This document shows positions 12,679-21,342 of a DNA stretch of 44,575 bases, piece by piece. The position numbers and the translations under genes are program-made. The stretch comes from an uncultured Pseudomonadota bacterium. GTDB lineage: Bacteria; SAR324; XYD2-FULL-50-16. Position 1 is the first letter of the stretch. Each line of letters starts with the position of its first letter. Location of the stretch: positions 1 through 44,575 of the forward strand of contig CAZLTI010000001.1 in assembly GCA_964562335.1 (NCBI GenBank). Reading direction: 5' to 3'. The notes beneath the pieces were generated by a model. That model was not told the origin of the DNA. It saw nothing but the letters and a program-made list of their open reading frames with translations, and searched no databases.

Positions 12679-13164
12679 GATGACTCCAGTGTGAAGTTGA
12701 CCGAGTGGTAGTCTTTTCGTTTTCGCTATTGCGTGTTTATCGCCTTCCCGGGCGGTATCGGCATAAAATTTGGGGACACTCTACCTCCTTGTATTGGCCG
12801 TCGTATTCCGTCGAAAGGGAGCAACCCTGCTCCGGCCGATGCTTTTTGTCTCGGACTGCTATTGTTGATCGGAGGGATTCGAGAGGAAACGGGAAAAAGG
12901 CCGATTCCAGCATGGGATGCCGATTCGTCTAGGAGCTGTTTCGCCGGCTTTGCGGGTATCGAGTTGGCATTTTTCCGTAGGTTGGGGTGTGTATTGGAAG
13001 TTAGCGTAGTCGAACGCATGGTGAAGGGCAATCGAAAAAGATCGTTCCGGTGTCTATTTTTTGTTTTGCACGGCAGCCCCTCCCTTTCGCTTGTCACCGC
13101 TCTGCTCTTGTGCTAGGGCTGTGGATCGAATTCGCCCCTAGGACACAGCATTTATGGAGAGGGT

Positions 13165-13911
13165 ATGATGACAAAAGTCGGCATTATCGGCGGCTCCGGC
13201 CTTGACGATCCCGAACTTATCCAAAATCCCGAGGAGATCGAGGTCGATACGAAATGGGGAAAACCCTCCTCCGGACTGACCGTGGGCCGAATCGGCAGCA
13301 GGGAAGTGGCGATACTGGCGCGACACGGCAGAAAACACCGGATCAGTCCGACGCAGGTCAACAACCGCGCCAATATTCAGGCATTAAAGGATATTGGCGT
13401 GTCCCACATTGTTGCCACTACGGCGTGCGGAAGCCTGCGGGAGGAGATTCGGCGCGGCGACTTTGTGGTCGTCGATCAGTTTATCGACTTCACCCGCTTT
13501 AGAAAAAACACCTTTTTCGACTCGTTTGCCGACGGTATACAGCATGCTCCCATGGCGGATCCCTTTCATGCAAAACTTCGGGCGATTTTGACGGGAGTTG
13601 CGCGGGAATTGGGCTTCGGGACTCATGCCGGGGGAACTGTCGTGACGATCGAAGGGCCGCGCTTTTCCACCGTCGCGGAATCGCATATGTTTCGTGCCTG
13701 GGGAGCGGACGTCGTCAATATGTCTACGGCCCCGGAAGTCATTTTGGCCAACGAGGCGGAAATTCCCTATGCCGCGATTGCCATGTCTACCGACTACGAC
13801 TGTTGGAAAGAGGATGAAAAGCCTGTTTCCTGGCAGGATGTTTTGGCAGTGTTTCACAAGAATGCGGACAACGTGAAACGAATTCTGCTCGATACCGTAG
13901 GCAGAATATAG
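13165..13911 (+). CDS. mtnP: S-methyl-5'-thioadenosine phosphorylase
   Basis: IIGGSGL, LARHGRKHRISPTQVNNRANI, TTACGSL and VNMSTAPE are typical of the MTAP/PNP family. Confidence 0.9.
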   Translation: MMTKVGIIGGSGLDDPELIQNPEEIEVDTKWGKPSSGLTVGRIGSREVAILARHGRKHRISPTQVNNRANIQALKDIGVSHIVATTACGSLREEIRRGDFVVVDQFIDFTRFRKNTFFDSFADGIQHAPMADPFHAKLRAILTGVARELGFGTHAGGTVVTIEGPRFSTVAESHMFRAWGADVVNMSTAPEVILANEAEIPYAAIAMSTDYDCWKEDEKPVSWQDVLAVFHKNADNVKRILLDTVGRI

Positions 13912-13961
13912 GCGCATGCGGAAAGAGAGGAAAGGGACTTGGTCGGTTCGTCAAAAAGGGA

Positions 13962-15560
13962 TCAATAGACGATTTTGAAGTTCTGTTTGCGCTTTACGGC
14001 AAGATGCTGTTTTTTCCGCAGGTCGGCTATCAGCAGGTCCGTAATTTTGGTCGAAAAACCGATTTCGATCTGCTTTTGCGAAAACATATCGTAAAAGGTT
14101 CCTTCGGCCCGATAGGCGGTAACTGCGACCCTTAGCCGCTTTCCATCCGGAATCTCCCTTCCTCCCTGCTTCAGCCGCGAGAGCCGACTGCCGATTTGTC
14201 GCCTCAGGTCGAATTCGTACTCGATGCCATGCCACATGTCGTAATCGTTGCAGCGGATTTTGAACCTGCTCCAGTCGGGATGAATGCCGGGCCTTTTTTC
14301 TCCGTTTTCTGCCGTCTCAAGCACAAAGAAGCTCGCCGCCCGTTCCAGAGCCTGTCTGAGAATTTTCCCTGTGATACCGAGTACGCAGACGGTATTGGCA
14401 TAGCGGAAATTCTCCAGTATGTCCCTCCTTCTTACATTGCGTGGCAGACCGGACATTTCCGCCTCCGGCAGCGATGTTGCGGATATGTCCACATTCGCAT
14501 GTCGGCAGATGACCTCCTGGACCCACTGGATGAACGGATGCCTTTTCAGCCAGACCTCCCTCATGGGGTCGTGGATGGCAAATTCGTCCCCTGCCGTCCC
14601 GACGAACTCTTCCAAATATCTTTCGACGATACGGCAGTGCTCTGCGAAAAAACCGGCAAAGGCTCTGTCCGGTCGCTCTTTGCTGCCGTCCACCAGCATA
14701 CATCGGTCGATGCGAAGTTTCGAGCCGACTTCGTCCCCTTTTGTTGCGTCCGTCAAAATGATGTGTCCCCACAAGCGGCCTTTCGCCCCGGCCATCAATA
14801 GAGGAGCCTTTTCTCGTTTGGGGGAGTCGAGCAGCATGCTTTTGTGCTGATGTCCCAGCAAAAGAAGATCGATTTCCGGCAAGTTGTCCCAAAGTTTCAC
14901 TCCCTGGTTTTCGGCCCTGTTCGTACCTCGAATGGGTTCTTTCGTTTGCGGATCTCTTTCGATCCCTCCGTGGTAGGCGACCACCAGAAAGTCGCACTGC
15001 CTCTTAATTTCCGGTATGAGCGTTCGTGCGGACTCGAAGGCGTCGAGAAACGTTATGCCGTCGAGCGACCTTCCCTCTTGCCAAAAGGGAATGCGTTCGG
15101 TCGTCAAACCGAGCACGCCTACGACATATTCGCCGAATGCAAAGAGTCGATAGCTGCGGAAATAGGGCTTTCGGTCTTTTGCCTTCACAATGTTGGCTGC
15201 CAGCCAGGACAGGTTCGACTCCCTGTAAAGCTGATCGAGCCGTCGCTTGCCGTGGGTAAATTCGTGATTCCCGACGACGAAGCAATCCACTCCCAGTTCC
15301 CGGTGGGCGATCGTAATGGGATGCTGCAAAGTTTCGAGTTCCGGTATTTGGCAGTCGAAGCAGTCCACAAGGTGGCTACCCTGAATCGAGTCTCCATTGT
15401 CGATCAGCAAAACGCGTTCGTTGTTTCTCCTTAGTCGGTCCAGGTAGCCTTTTAGTCGGTCTATGCCGCATATGGGGGATTTTCCTTCATTTTGCTCGGA
15501 TATGATGCGGCCGTGCAGATCCGTATAGTAGACGATATGCAGACGAAAGGAGTCGTTCAT
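13962..15560 (-). CDS. Bifunctional metallophosphatase/5'-nucleotidase family protein (no signal peptide seen)
   Basis: Calcineurin-like motifs YTDLHG, DNGDSIQG and GNHEF, followed by a C-terminal 5'-nucleotidase-like domain. 532 aa. Confidence 0.8.
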   Translation of the reverse strand: MNDSFRLHIVYYTDLHGRIISEQNEGKSPICGIDRLKGYLDRLRRNNERVLLIDNGDSIQGSHLVDCFDCQIPELETLQHPITIAHRELGVDCFVVGNHEFTHGKRRLDQLYRESNLSWLAANIVKAKDRKPYFRSYRLFAFGEYVVGVLGLTTERIPFWQEGRSLDGITFLDAFESARTLIPEIKRQCDFLVVAYHGGIERDPQTKEPIRGTNRAENQGVKLWDNLPEIDLLLLGHQHKSMLLDSPKREKAPLLMAGAKGRLWGHIILTDATKGDEVGSKLRIDRCMLVDGSKERPDRAFAGFFAEHCRIVERYLEEFVGTAGDEFAIHDPMREVWLKRHPFIQWVQEVICRHANVDISATSLPEAEMSGLPRNVRRRDILENFRYANTVCVLGITGKILRQALERAASFFVLETAENGEKRPGIHPDWSRFKIRCNDYDMWHGIEYEFDLRRQIGSRLSRLKQGGREIPDGKRLRVAVTAYRAEGTFYDMFSQKQIEIGFSTKITDLLIADLRKKQHLAVKRKQNFKIVY

Positions 15561-16414
15561 ACCGATATCAGGTCGCTTGTCGCTCTTTTTCCGTTGTTGG
15601 CTATACCGATTTGGGCATTGGGTTTTGTTGCCCCGTGAAAGTCCGACCCTGCGGAAATCCCCAGATTCATTCGCAGCGCCAGGTTTCTGAATTCTTCGAT
15701 CCGCTTTTCGCTATGGGAGGGAGCGTACACTTCGATTCCATCCAGCCCCTCCCGACATAGTCGGTCTATGTAGCGGACCAGCCGATCTCCCTGTCGTTTG
15801 AGGCTGATCGGGTGCGCTACATAAGCCTTTCCGCCGGCATCGTGAAGCAGTTTGATCGTTTCTGCGGAAGAGAAAATCTCCTTTTCCACGAATGCGGCCC
15901 CGGTTTTGCCTAGATATCGCCGGAACGCTTCGTCCATGGTTGCCACAATGCCTCTATTCACCAGCAGGGAAGCGATATGCGGTCTGCCGGGACTGGATGT
16001 ATTTCGGTCGAACTGCCGCAGCTCTTCGTTTCCGATGGCGATGCCCAGGTTCCGCAGTTTTGCGACTATCCGATCGTTGCGTTGCCGTCGCGCTGCCTGA
16101 AATTCGGCCAGGCCGTCTTGCAGTGCTGCGTTTCCCACCTCTATTCCGTATCCCAAAATATGGAGTATGCCGTCGCTACATCGGGAACTGACTTCTATGC
16201 CGGCAATGCACTCTAGTCCCAGGCGGCTCGCCTCCTGCTGTCCTTCTTGGACGCCCTCCACCGTATCGTGATCCGTAATGGCAATCTTGCGGATGTTTTC
16301 CCGGCTTGCCAGTCCGACCAACTCCTTTGGAGAGAGCGTTCCGTCCGACTTGGTGGTATGCAGATGCAGGTCTACAAAATAGGAGGAGCCATTCGAATCT
16401 TTCATTTTCTCCAT
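15557..16414 (-). CDS. PHP-domain phosphoesterase (TrpH/YciV-like)
   Basis: VDLHLHTTKSDG, IAITDHDT and YVAHP. Its stop overlaps the downstream 5'-nucleotidase start by 4 nt. The start is chosen at the MEKMKD Met. Confidence 0.8.
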   Translation of the reverse strand: MEKMKDSNGSSYFVDLHLHTTKSDGTLSPKELVGLASRENIRKIAITDHDTVEGVQEGQQEASRLGLECIAGIEVSSRCSDGILHILGYGIEVGNAALQDGLAEFQAARRQRNDRIVAKLRNLGIAIGNEELRQFDRNTSSPGRPHIASLLVNRGIVATMDEAFRRYLGKTGAAFVEKEIFSSAETIKLLHDAGGKAYVAHPISLKRQGDRLVRYIDRLCREGLDGIEVYAPSHSEKRIEEFRNLALRMNLGISAGSDFHGATKPNAQIGIANNGKRATSDLISV

Positions 16415-16765
16415 GTGTTCCGTCCCCCCCTGTCGAGTGTCGAGTTGTATGCCGATGCGGACAATCGCCCGCGTAGCCGGCCAGGTCGGTATTCTTCGCA
16501 CCTGTTGGATCTGCCGAACATCGAAAAGGAGTTTCCGATTATAGACGAAGCCCGATACGGAATATCTCCAACCGTTTTGCGAAAGGAAGCAGTGTAGGGA
16601 ACCGGTTGCTTTACGACCGAAAGATATACTTCGCGGAGCCGAAGCACAGGATCGTCTCGGTCGATACCGGCAAGGAGATTCCGATTTTGGCAGCGGAGAA
16701 CGTTTGGTTCGACCCGAATGTTGAAGTCGGTTTATCCCCTGTCGCGATGGTTGCGGAATTGGCGT

Positions 16766-17674
16766 CTACAGCAGTCCAAGCTTAAACTTAAGGGACTTGA
16801 GAGTGTTCAGCATCAGCATGGTGATGGTCATCGGTCCTACGCCACCCGGCACTGGGGTGATACTGCCGGCAATCTCTTTGGCGGCATCGAAATCCACGTC
16901 GCCTCTCAGAATAGCAATTTTCCTGCCGGTTTTTTCGCTGATTTTCTCCCCGACTCGGTTTACTCCGACATCTACCACGCAGGCTCCCGGTTTGATCCAG
17001 TCGGGTTTTACCAGACCCGGCACTCCCGCCGCCACGATCAGGATGTCTGCGCGTTTGCAGTGCGACGCCAGGTCTCTTGTGCCGGTATGCACGACGGTAA
17101 CTGTCGAGTTCGCGCCCTCTCCCTTTTGTATCATCATATTGGCAATCGGTTTGCCGACGATGTTGGAGCGACCGACGACCACAACTTCCGCCCCTTTGGT
17201 TTCGACCCCGGCTCTAACGATCATCTCCTGGATGCCGTATGGCGTGCAGGGGGGGAATTTGCAGACGGACGGCCCGATGGAAACGCGCCCTACGTTAACG
17301 GGATGGAATCCATCCACATCCTTGTCCGGTTCTATGGCATTGATGATCTTGTTGTCGTCGATATGTTTGGGCAGCGGCAACTGCACCAAAATGCCGTTGA
17401 TGCTCTCGTCCTGGTTGTATTGGTCGATCAGGTCCAGAAGTTCCTGCTCCGAAATTGTATCCGGCCGATTCTCCTGCACCTCCTTGAAGCCGCAGCGGTG
17501 CGCCGTTTTGATCTTCAGCGAAACGTAGGATTGGGAGGCGGGATTTTCCCCGACCAATATCGTAACCAATCCCGGAACTTTGCCGTGCTTCTCCTTAATT
17601 TCCTGCACCTCCTCGATGATTTCCGCCAGTATCTCCTCTCTAATCTCAGAACCTTTGATTAACTTAGCCGACAT
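16766..17674 (-). CDS. folD: Bifunctional 5,10-methylene-THF dehydrogenase/cyclohydrolase
   Basis: LVTILVGENPASQSYV, GILVQLPLP, VVVVGRSNIVGKP and PVPGGVGPMT. The ATG at 17674 has an upstream GGAGGAGAA RBS. Confidence 0.93.
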   Translation of the reverse strand: MSAKLIKGSEIREEILAEIIEEVQEIKEKHGKVPGLVTILVGENPASQSYVSLKIKTAHRCGFKEVQENRPDTISEQELLDLIDQYNQDESINGILVQLPLPKHIDDNKIINAIEPDKDVDGFHPVNVGRVSIGPSVCKFPPCTPYGIQEMIVRAGVETKGAEVVVVGRSNIVGKPIANMMIQKGEGANSTVTVVHTGTRDLASHCKRADILIVAAGVPGLVKPDWIKPGACVVDVGVNRVGEKISEKTGRKIAILRGDVDFDAAKEIAGSITPVPGGVGPMTITMLMLNTLKSLKFKLGLL

Positions 17675-17913
17675 TTCTCCTCCCTGTTGGAATTTGACGA
17701 ACCTAAGAGTGAAAATTCGCATCGTGATCCAGTTGACTGCGAACACGTGTCTATTTTCATGCGTTACGCACTTTAAAAAAAACGGACAATCGTAAAATAG
17801 AAAACCCACGGCGTCAATCAAATCAATAAAAACGGCTTTCGGTCACGCTGCAAATAGAGCCGCACGGAGACTGTTATGCCAGTACTACCTCGATGTATTT
17901 TCGGACATACCGT

Positions 17914-17943
17914 TTGACAAACGTCCGAAAAATATCCGATACT
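17914..17943 (+). promoter_or_regulatory. Candidate sigma70-type promoter (TTGACA-N18-GATACT) upstream of the repeat-protein gene
   Basis: TTGACA at 17914-17919 and GATACT at 17938-17943, about 40 nt upstream of the ATG at 17982. The -35 hexamer lies between a perfect 9-bp inverted repeat (17898-17906 and 17923-17931). Confidence 0.35.
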
Positions 17944-17981
17944 TTTCGCAAAAACTACGAACTCTCTACAATAGGAACACA

Positions 17982-18734
17982 ATGCCCCAAGCAATGGAAA
18001 CGCAAAAAATCTACGACGGCTTGAAGGAAACCTTCCCGGAGGAGCAGGCACACAGTCTCTCCCTGATGCTTGCGCAGGCGGTGGAAAGAACCGTCGATCG
18101 CCTGTCTGCCGACACGAACAGTAAAGATCTCGATCACAAAATAGCCCAGATACGAAAGGATATCAAAGAGCTAGATTATAAGATAGCCCAATTGCGGAAA
18201 GATGGCGAGGAGTTTGCGGCCGAGACCAAAAGGGAGATCGAAAAGCTTAGATCCGAGACCAAAAAGGAGATCGAAAAATTTAAATCCGAAGTCAAACAAG
18301 ATATCGAACAGCTTAAATCCGAAGTCAAACAAGATATCGAACAGCTTAAATCCGAAGTCAAACGGGATATCAAAGAGCTTGCGGCCGAGACCAAAAGGGA
18401 GATCGAAAAGCTTAGATCCGAGACCAAAAGGGAGATCGAAAAATTTAAATCCGAAGTCAAACAAGATATCGAAAAGCTTAGATCCGAGACCAAGCAAGAT
18501 ATCGAAAAGCTTAGATCCGAGACCAAGCAAGATATTGAAAATCTCAGATCCGAAATCAAACGGGATATCAAAGAGCTTGCGGCCGAGACCAAAAAGGATA
18601 TCAAAGAGCTCGATCATAGAATCGTCCGGCTCGAGGTGAAAATAGAGCAGATCAAAACCGATATACTGAAATGGGTGGGAGGTTTGTTGTTGGCACAGAC
18701 GGGAGTTATTGCCGCACTGGTCAAACTGCTGTAG
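17982..18734 (+). CDS. DUF1640-like coiled-coil protein with C-terminal membrane anchor, expanded by 11-residue repeats
   Basis: The C-terminus DILKWVGGLLLAQTGVIAALVKLL and an N-terminal helical region resemble the DUF1640/CCDC90 pattern as I recall it. The centre consists of 12 hendecad repeats. Confidence 0.75.
   Translation: MPQAMETQKIYDGLKETFPEEQAHSLSLMLAQAVERTVDRLSADTNSKDLDHKIAQIRKDIKELDYKIAQLRKDGEEFAAETKREIEKLRSETKKEIEKFKSEVKQDIEQLKSEVKQDIEQLKSEVKRDIKELAAETKREIEKLRSETKREIEKFKSEVKQDIEKLRSETKQDIEKLRSETKQDIENLRSEIKRDIKELAAETKKDIKELDHRIVRLEVKIEQIKTDILKWVGGLLLAQTGVIAALVKLL
18216..18611 (+). repeat. Twelve contiguous in-frame 33-bp tandem repeats (consensus peptide [RK]SE[TV]K[QRK][DE]IE[KQ]L)
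   Basis: Read directly as AAETKREIEKL, RSETKKEIEKF, KSEVKQDIEQL (x2), KSEVKRDIKEL, AAETKREIEKL, RSETKREIEKF, KSEVKQDIEKL, RSETKQDIEKL, RSETKQDIENL, RSEIKRDIKEL, AAETKKDIKEL. Confidence 0.95.
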
Positions 18735-18896
18735 TCTCCGCCGGAAAGAAAGCCTGTCTCCTCCGCCTGTCGTCTCTTTTCCCTCTTTTGCAAAGAAGGA
18801 ACACCCCCTCCTCGAATACTCTCCTCCGTTTTTTTGGATATTTTTTCATAGGTGTTTAGGAGCGTTTTCCCGACCTCCTTGGTCTTCGCTATCGCT

Positions 18897-19235
18897 CTAC
18901 TCTTCCGGTATCGTGAGGCCGAAAATGCTGTCGATGGGGAGCGAGACCAAAAAGCCCGGAGCCTTTCCCTCTTCGTCCCGCCCAAGATTGTCGAGTACTT
19001 CGGCCATACCTTGAACCATTTTCTCGTTGGTGACGGCAAGTATGATCTTTTTGTTCGGGCTGCTTCCGGCAAAGGCGTCCCGCAGTCCGGCGAAAATGGG
19101 GATGTTTTGGGAAACGATGTGTCCCATCCCGACCGAATCGATCACGGTGGCTCCGGAAAGACCGATTTCCAGGAAAAGCGAGAGAATCTCCTCCAGATAT
19201 TCCATTTTGTTTAGAAACAGGATAGCAAGTCTCAT
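18897..19235 (-). CDS. Small GlnB/PII-like superfamily protein (putative signalling subunit)
   Basis: 112 aa with a beta-alpha-beta-like pattern. GLSGATVIDSVGMGH is followed by a loop and a second half (KIILAVTNEKMVQGMAEVL...GFLVSLPIDSIFGL). It overlaps the EIIA gene stop by 4 nt. Confidence 0.5.
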   Translation of the reverse strand: MRLAILFLNKMEYLEEILSLFLEIGLSGATVIDSVGMGHIVSQNIPIFAGLRDAFAGSSPNKKIILAVTNEKMVQGMAEVLDNLGRDEEGKAPGFLVSLPIDSIFGLTIPEE

Positions 19236-19714
19236 TTTGTCGTTCCCTGAGAATCGATACTTTTTTCATAGGCTTCGAATTCGTCGATCACCTCCTCCGT
19301 CGTTTGGGCCCGCAGCAGTCGTTGCGCAAGCCCCCCTTTCAGCAGAATGCGCGAAAGTTTGGCCAATGTCTTCAACTGCAGCCCCACGTCGTCCTTTGGG
19401 AAGAGTATGAGAAAAACCAGTTTGACGGGTTTTTTGTCCAGCGATTCGAAATTCGTCCCTTCCCGCAGCAATCCCAAGGCAATGCAGATTTCGCGACAGC
19501 TATCCAGACGCGCATGGGGGATAGCCACCCCCCTGCCAATGCCGGTGGAGAGCACGCCTTCCCGTTGATACAGGCCTTCGATGGCCTCTTCCGCATCGAT
19601 CTCGGGATGGAATTTCAGCAGCAACTTGGCCAGTTCGCGAATCACATCTTTTTTGTCGCAACCCGGCACATCGATGCGAACGCATTCCTTTTTTAAAAAG
19701 TCGATGATTTGCAT
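19232..19714 (-). CDS. PTS EIIA domain protein, nitrogen/fructose type (PtsN-like)
   Basis: STGIGRGVAIPHARL with the phosphorylatable His, and VKLVFLILFP. 160 aa and stand-alone. Confidence 0.85.
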   Translation of the reverse strand: MQIIDFLKKECVRIDVPGCDKKDVIRELAKLLLKFHPEIDAEEAIEGLYQREGVLSTGIGRGVAIPHARLDSCREICIALGLLREGTNFESLDKKPVKLVFLILFPKDDVGLQLKTLAKLSRILLKGGLAQRLLRAQTTEEVIDEFEAYEKSIDSQGTTK

Positions 19715-19741
19715 GGCAGCCCCAAATGTTGTCCGTTGCGT

Positions 19742-20956
19742 CTATGATTTCGGGAGTTGTTTCGGCCTGCGGTCTTTGAATTGGGCCAGGATCAAACGGG
19801 GAGCGATCAATTCGTTTACGACTACCGAAAGGATAACGACCGTAATGAGAAAGTCGGCAATCTCGCTATGCAGCAGCCGAAAGCTGACGATAATGGCAAT
19901 TCCCAATCCCCCTTCGGAGAGAAGTCCCAATCCGATGGACGGAGGCAGGGCGTAAATCGGTCTGTAGATGCGAGTCGCCCAGTAGGTCCCTGCCAGTTTG
20001 CCCGTAAGCCTGACGATCCAGTAAACCGAGGCGAACAGTAGACTTTTGTCGAATGCAAAATTCCAGCCTGCGCCGACCAGAAGCAGGAGTATGATGTAGA
20101 TCGACTTTTCTGCCGTAATGGCGGTTGTAAGCGCTCTCACTCTATGGCGGCAGAAGTTGGCCGTAATCAGGCCGCAAATCAGTCCCGATATCAGTGGAGG
20201 ATGGTGGATTTGAAACGCCAGTCCGCCACTGAACATCACCGTTCCCACCACAAATAGTAGAAATTCCGCTTGTGTGAACTTCGTGTTGCTGATGACGATC
20301 AGTATCGACGCCGGAACCGCTCCCATCAGTATTGTTGCCAGGAGCCAGCGGAACGAGAGGAGAATGTCGGGTTCCGCGTGGCTTTGGCTCGGCAAAACGC
20401 ATAGGGCGATACTGAAAAACAGCAGAGCGAATATTCCGTCCACACTGGAGATATAGCGCAGCAGGTCGATCGGACCTCTGTTCCTGAAGTGGTAGTTTTG
20501 GTTTACGATGGCGATGGCCGACTGTGCGCTGCAGGATCCTACGCAGCCCAAAACGATGGAGGAGAGAATCGAGAGCGGCAGCGGAAGCGGCAGGAAAAAA
20601 TCGAGGAAAAAAAAGGTGGATGTCGCTACGATCAGGAAAGTGGTCGTTGACTCTACGGCGGTGATGGCAAAGTAGGATCGCGGCAGGTTGCGCAGTAGTC
20701 GAAATTCGAACTGAAGTCCAAACAGAAAGCCGATCCAGGCGAGTCCGAACAGCAGGAACGGCTTCAGGGCATCCAAAGATTCCGCGTCTATCAGGTCGAG
20801 TCCCTTTGTTCCCAGGATAGCGCCGATAAATATGTATTCGATGCCGGTCAGCAAGATGTTTCTGAAACCGATGGGAAGCCTGCGGTTCAGAAAGGTTACG
20901 CGCGTTCCGATCAAAGCAATAATCGCAATGACGACAATGGCGAACAGAAATTTCAT
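19742..20956 (-). CDS. Cation:proton antiporter (Na_H_Exchanger / CPA family)
   Basis: About 404 aa and highly hydrophobic, with multi-TM segments throughout. The start is chosen at MKFLFAIVVIAII. The 54 residues upstream in the ORF are basic and non-membrane. Confidence 0.8.
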   Translation of the reverse strand: MKFLFAIVVIAIIALIGTRVTFLNRRLPIGFRNILLTGIEYIFIGAILGTKGLDLIDAESLDALKPFLLFGLAWIGFLFGLQFEFRLLRNLPRSYFAITAVESTTTFLIVATSTFFFLDFFLPLPLPLSILSSIVLGCVGSCSAQSAIAIVNQNYHFRNRGPIDLLRYISSVDGIFALLFFSIALCVLPSQSHAEPDILLSFRWLLATILMGAVPASILIVISNTKFTQAEFLLFVVGTVMFSGGLAFQIHHPPLISGLICGLITANFCRHRVRALTTAITAEKSIYIILLLLVGAGWNFAFDKSLLFASVYWIVRLTGKLAGTYWATRIYRPIYALPPSIGLGLLSEGGLGIAIIVSFRLLHSEIADFLITVVILSVVVNELIAPRLILAQFKDRRPKQLPKS

Positions 20957-21342
20957 AAAGTGCTCGGCAAATGTCCGCCGAAAGCGGGAATGGATACTCC
21001 GTTTTTTTGCAGGCGGCTTTTGCACTAGGCTTAGCAGAACGGAAACAAAGCTCCAATGGCGAATTGTATCTATGGAGCTTTTTGGCTTGCGGTGGGATGT
21101 GCGGAGGCGGGAACGCAAAGGGGGGGAGCCAAATCCGCACTTGAATTACGGCATTATTGAATTGCGCGACAGGGTTTGTTCGGTCTACTAAAAAGAGTCG
21201 TTCCGTCGATTTGCAGAGCCGTTTCGACGTTATGCCGGGGCCTGCCTGCGCTGGAACGGCACAACAGTATCGACGATAGCACAGCAGCGTATCGAGTTTT
21301 TTCGGAGATGCCGAACCTGATAAAAGCAGAAACGGACGGAAC

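Noticed and set aside
12679-13164. Possible tmRNA (ssrA) on the minus strand. It has a 5' GGGGCGAATTCGATCC.., an A-rich CAAAAAATAG tract reminiscent of the region before the resume codon, and helices resembling P2/PK1.
   Set aside because: I found no matching 3' acceptor/T-arm (no TCGCCCCACCA, no GGTTCGAnTCC). No reading frame after the A-rich tract gives a plausible short tag ending in hydrophobic residues plus a stop. RNase P (GAGGAAAGTCC) and SRP motifs are also absent.
16606-16785. A 59-codon TTG-initiated plus-strand ORF (..KIYFAEPKHRIVSVDTGKEIPILAAENVWFDPNVEVGLSPVAMVAELASTAVQA) in the 350-nt gap between the PHP gene and folD.
   Set aside because: Its composition is protein-like, but it has no ATG or RBS, it overlaps the folD 3' end, and it is short enough to arise by chance. 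I left it uncalled.
16718-17662. A 314-aa plus-strand ORF, along with 16797..17528.
   Set aside because: It is antisense to folD, whose frame has unambiguous motifs. The ORF is a typical antisense shadow frame of a GC-rich gene.
18216-18611. A CRISPR-like array suggested by the regular 33-bp repeats.
   Set aside because: The units are contiguous with no spacers, stay in frame, and encode an 11-residue coiled-coil motif inside a complete ORF.
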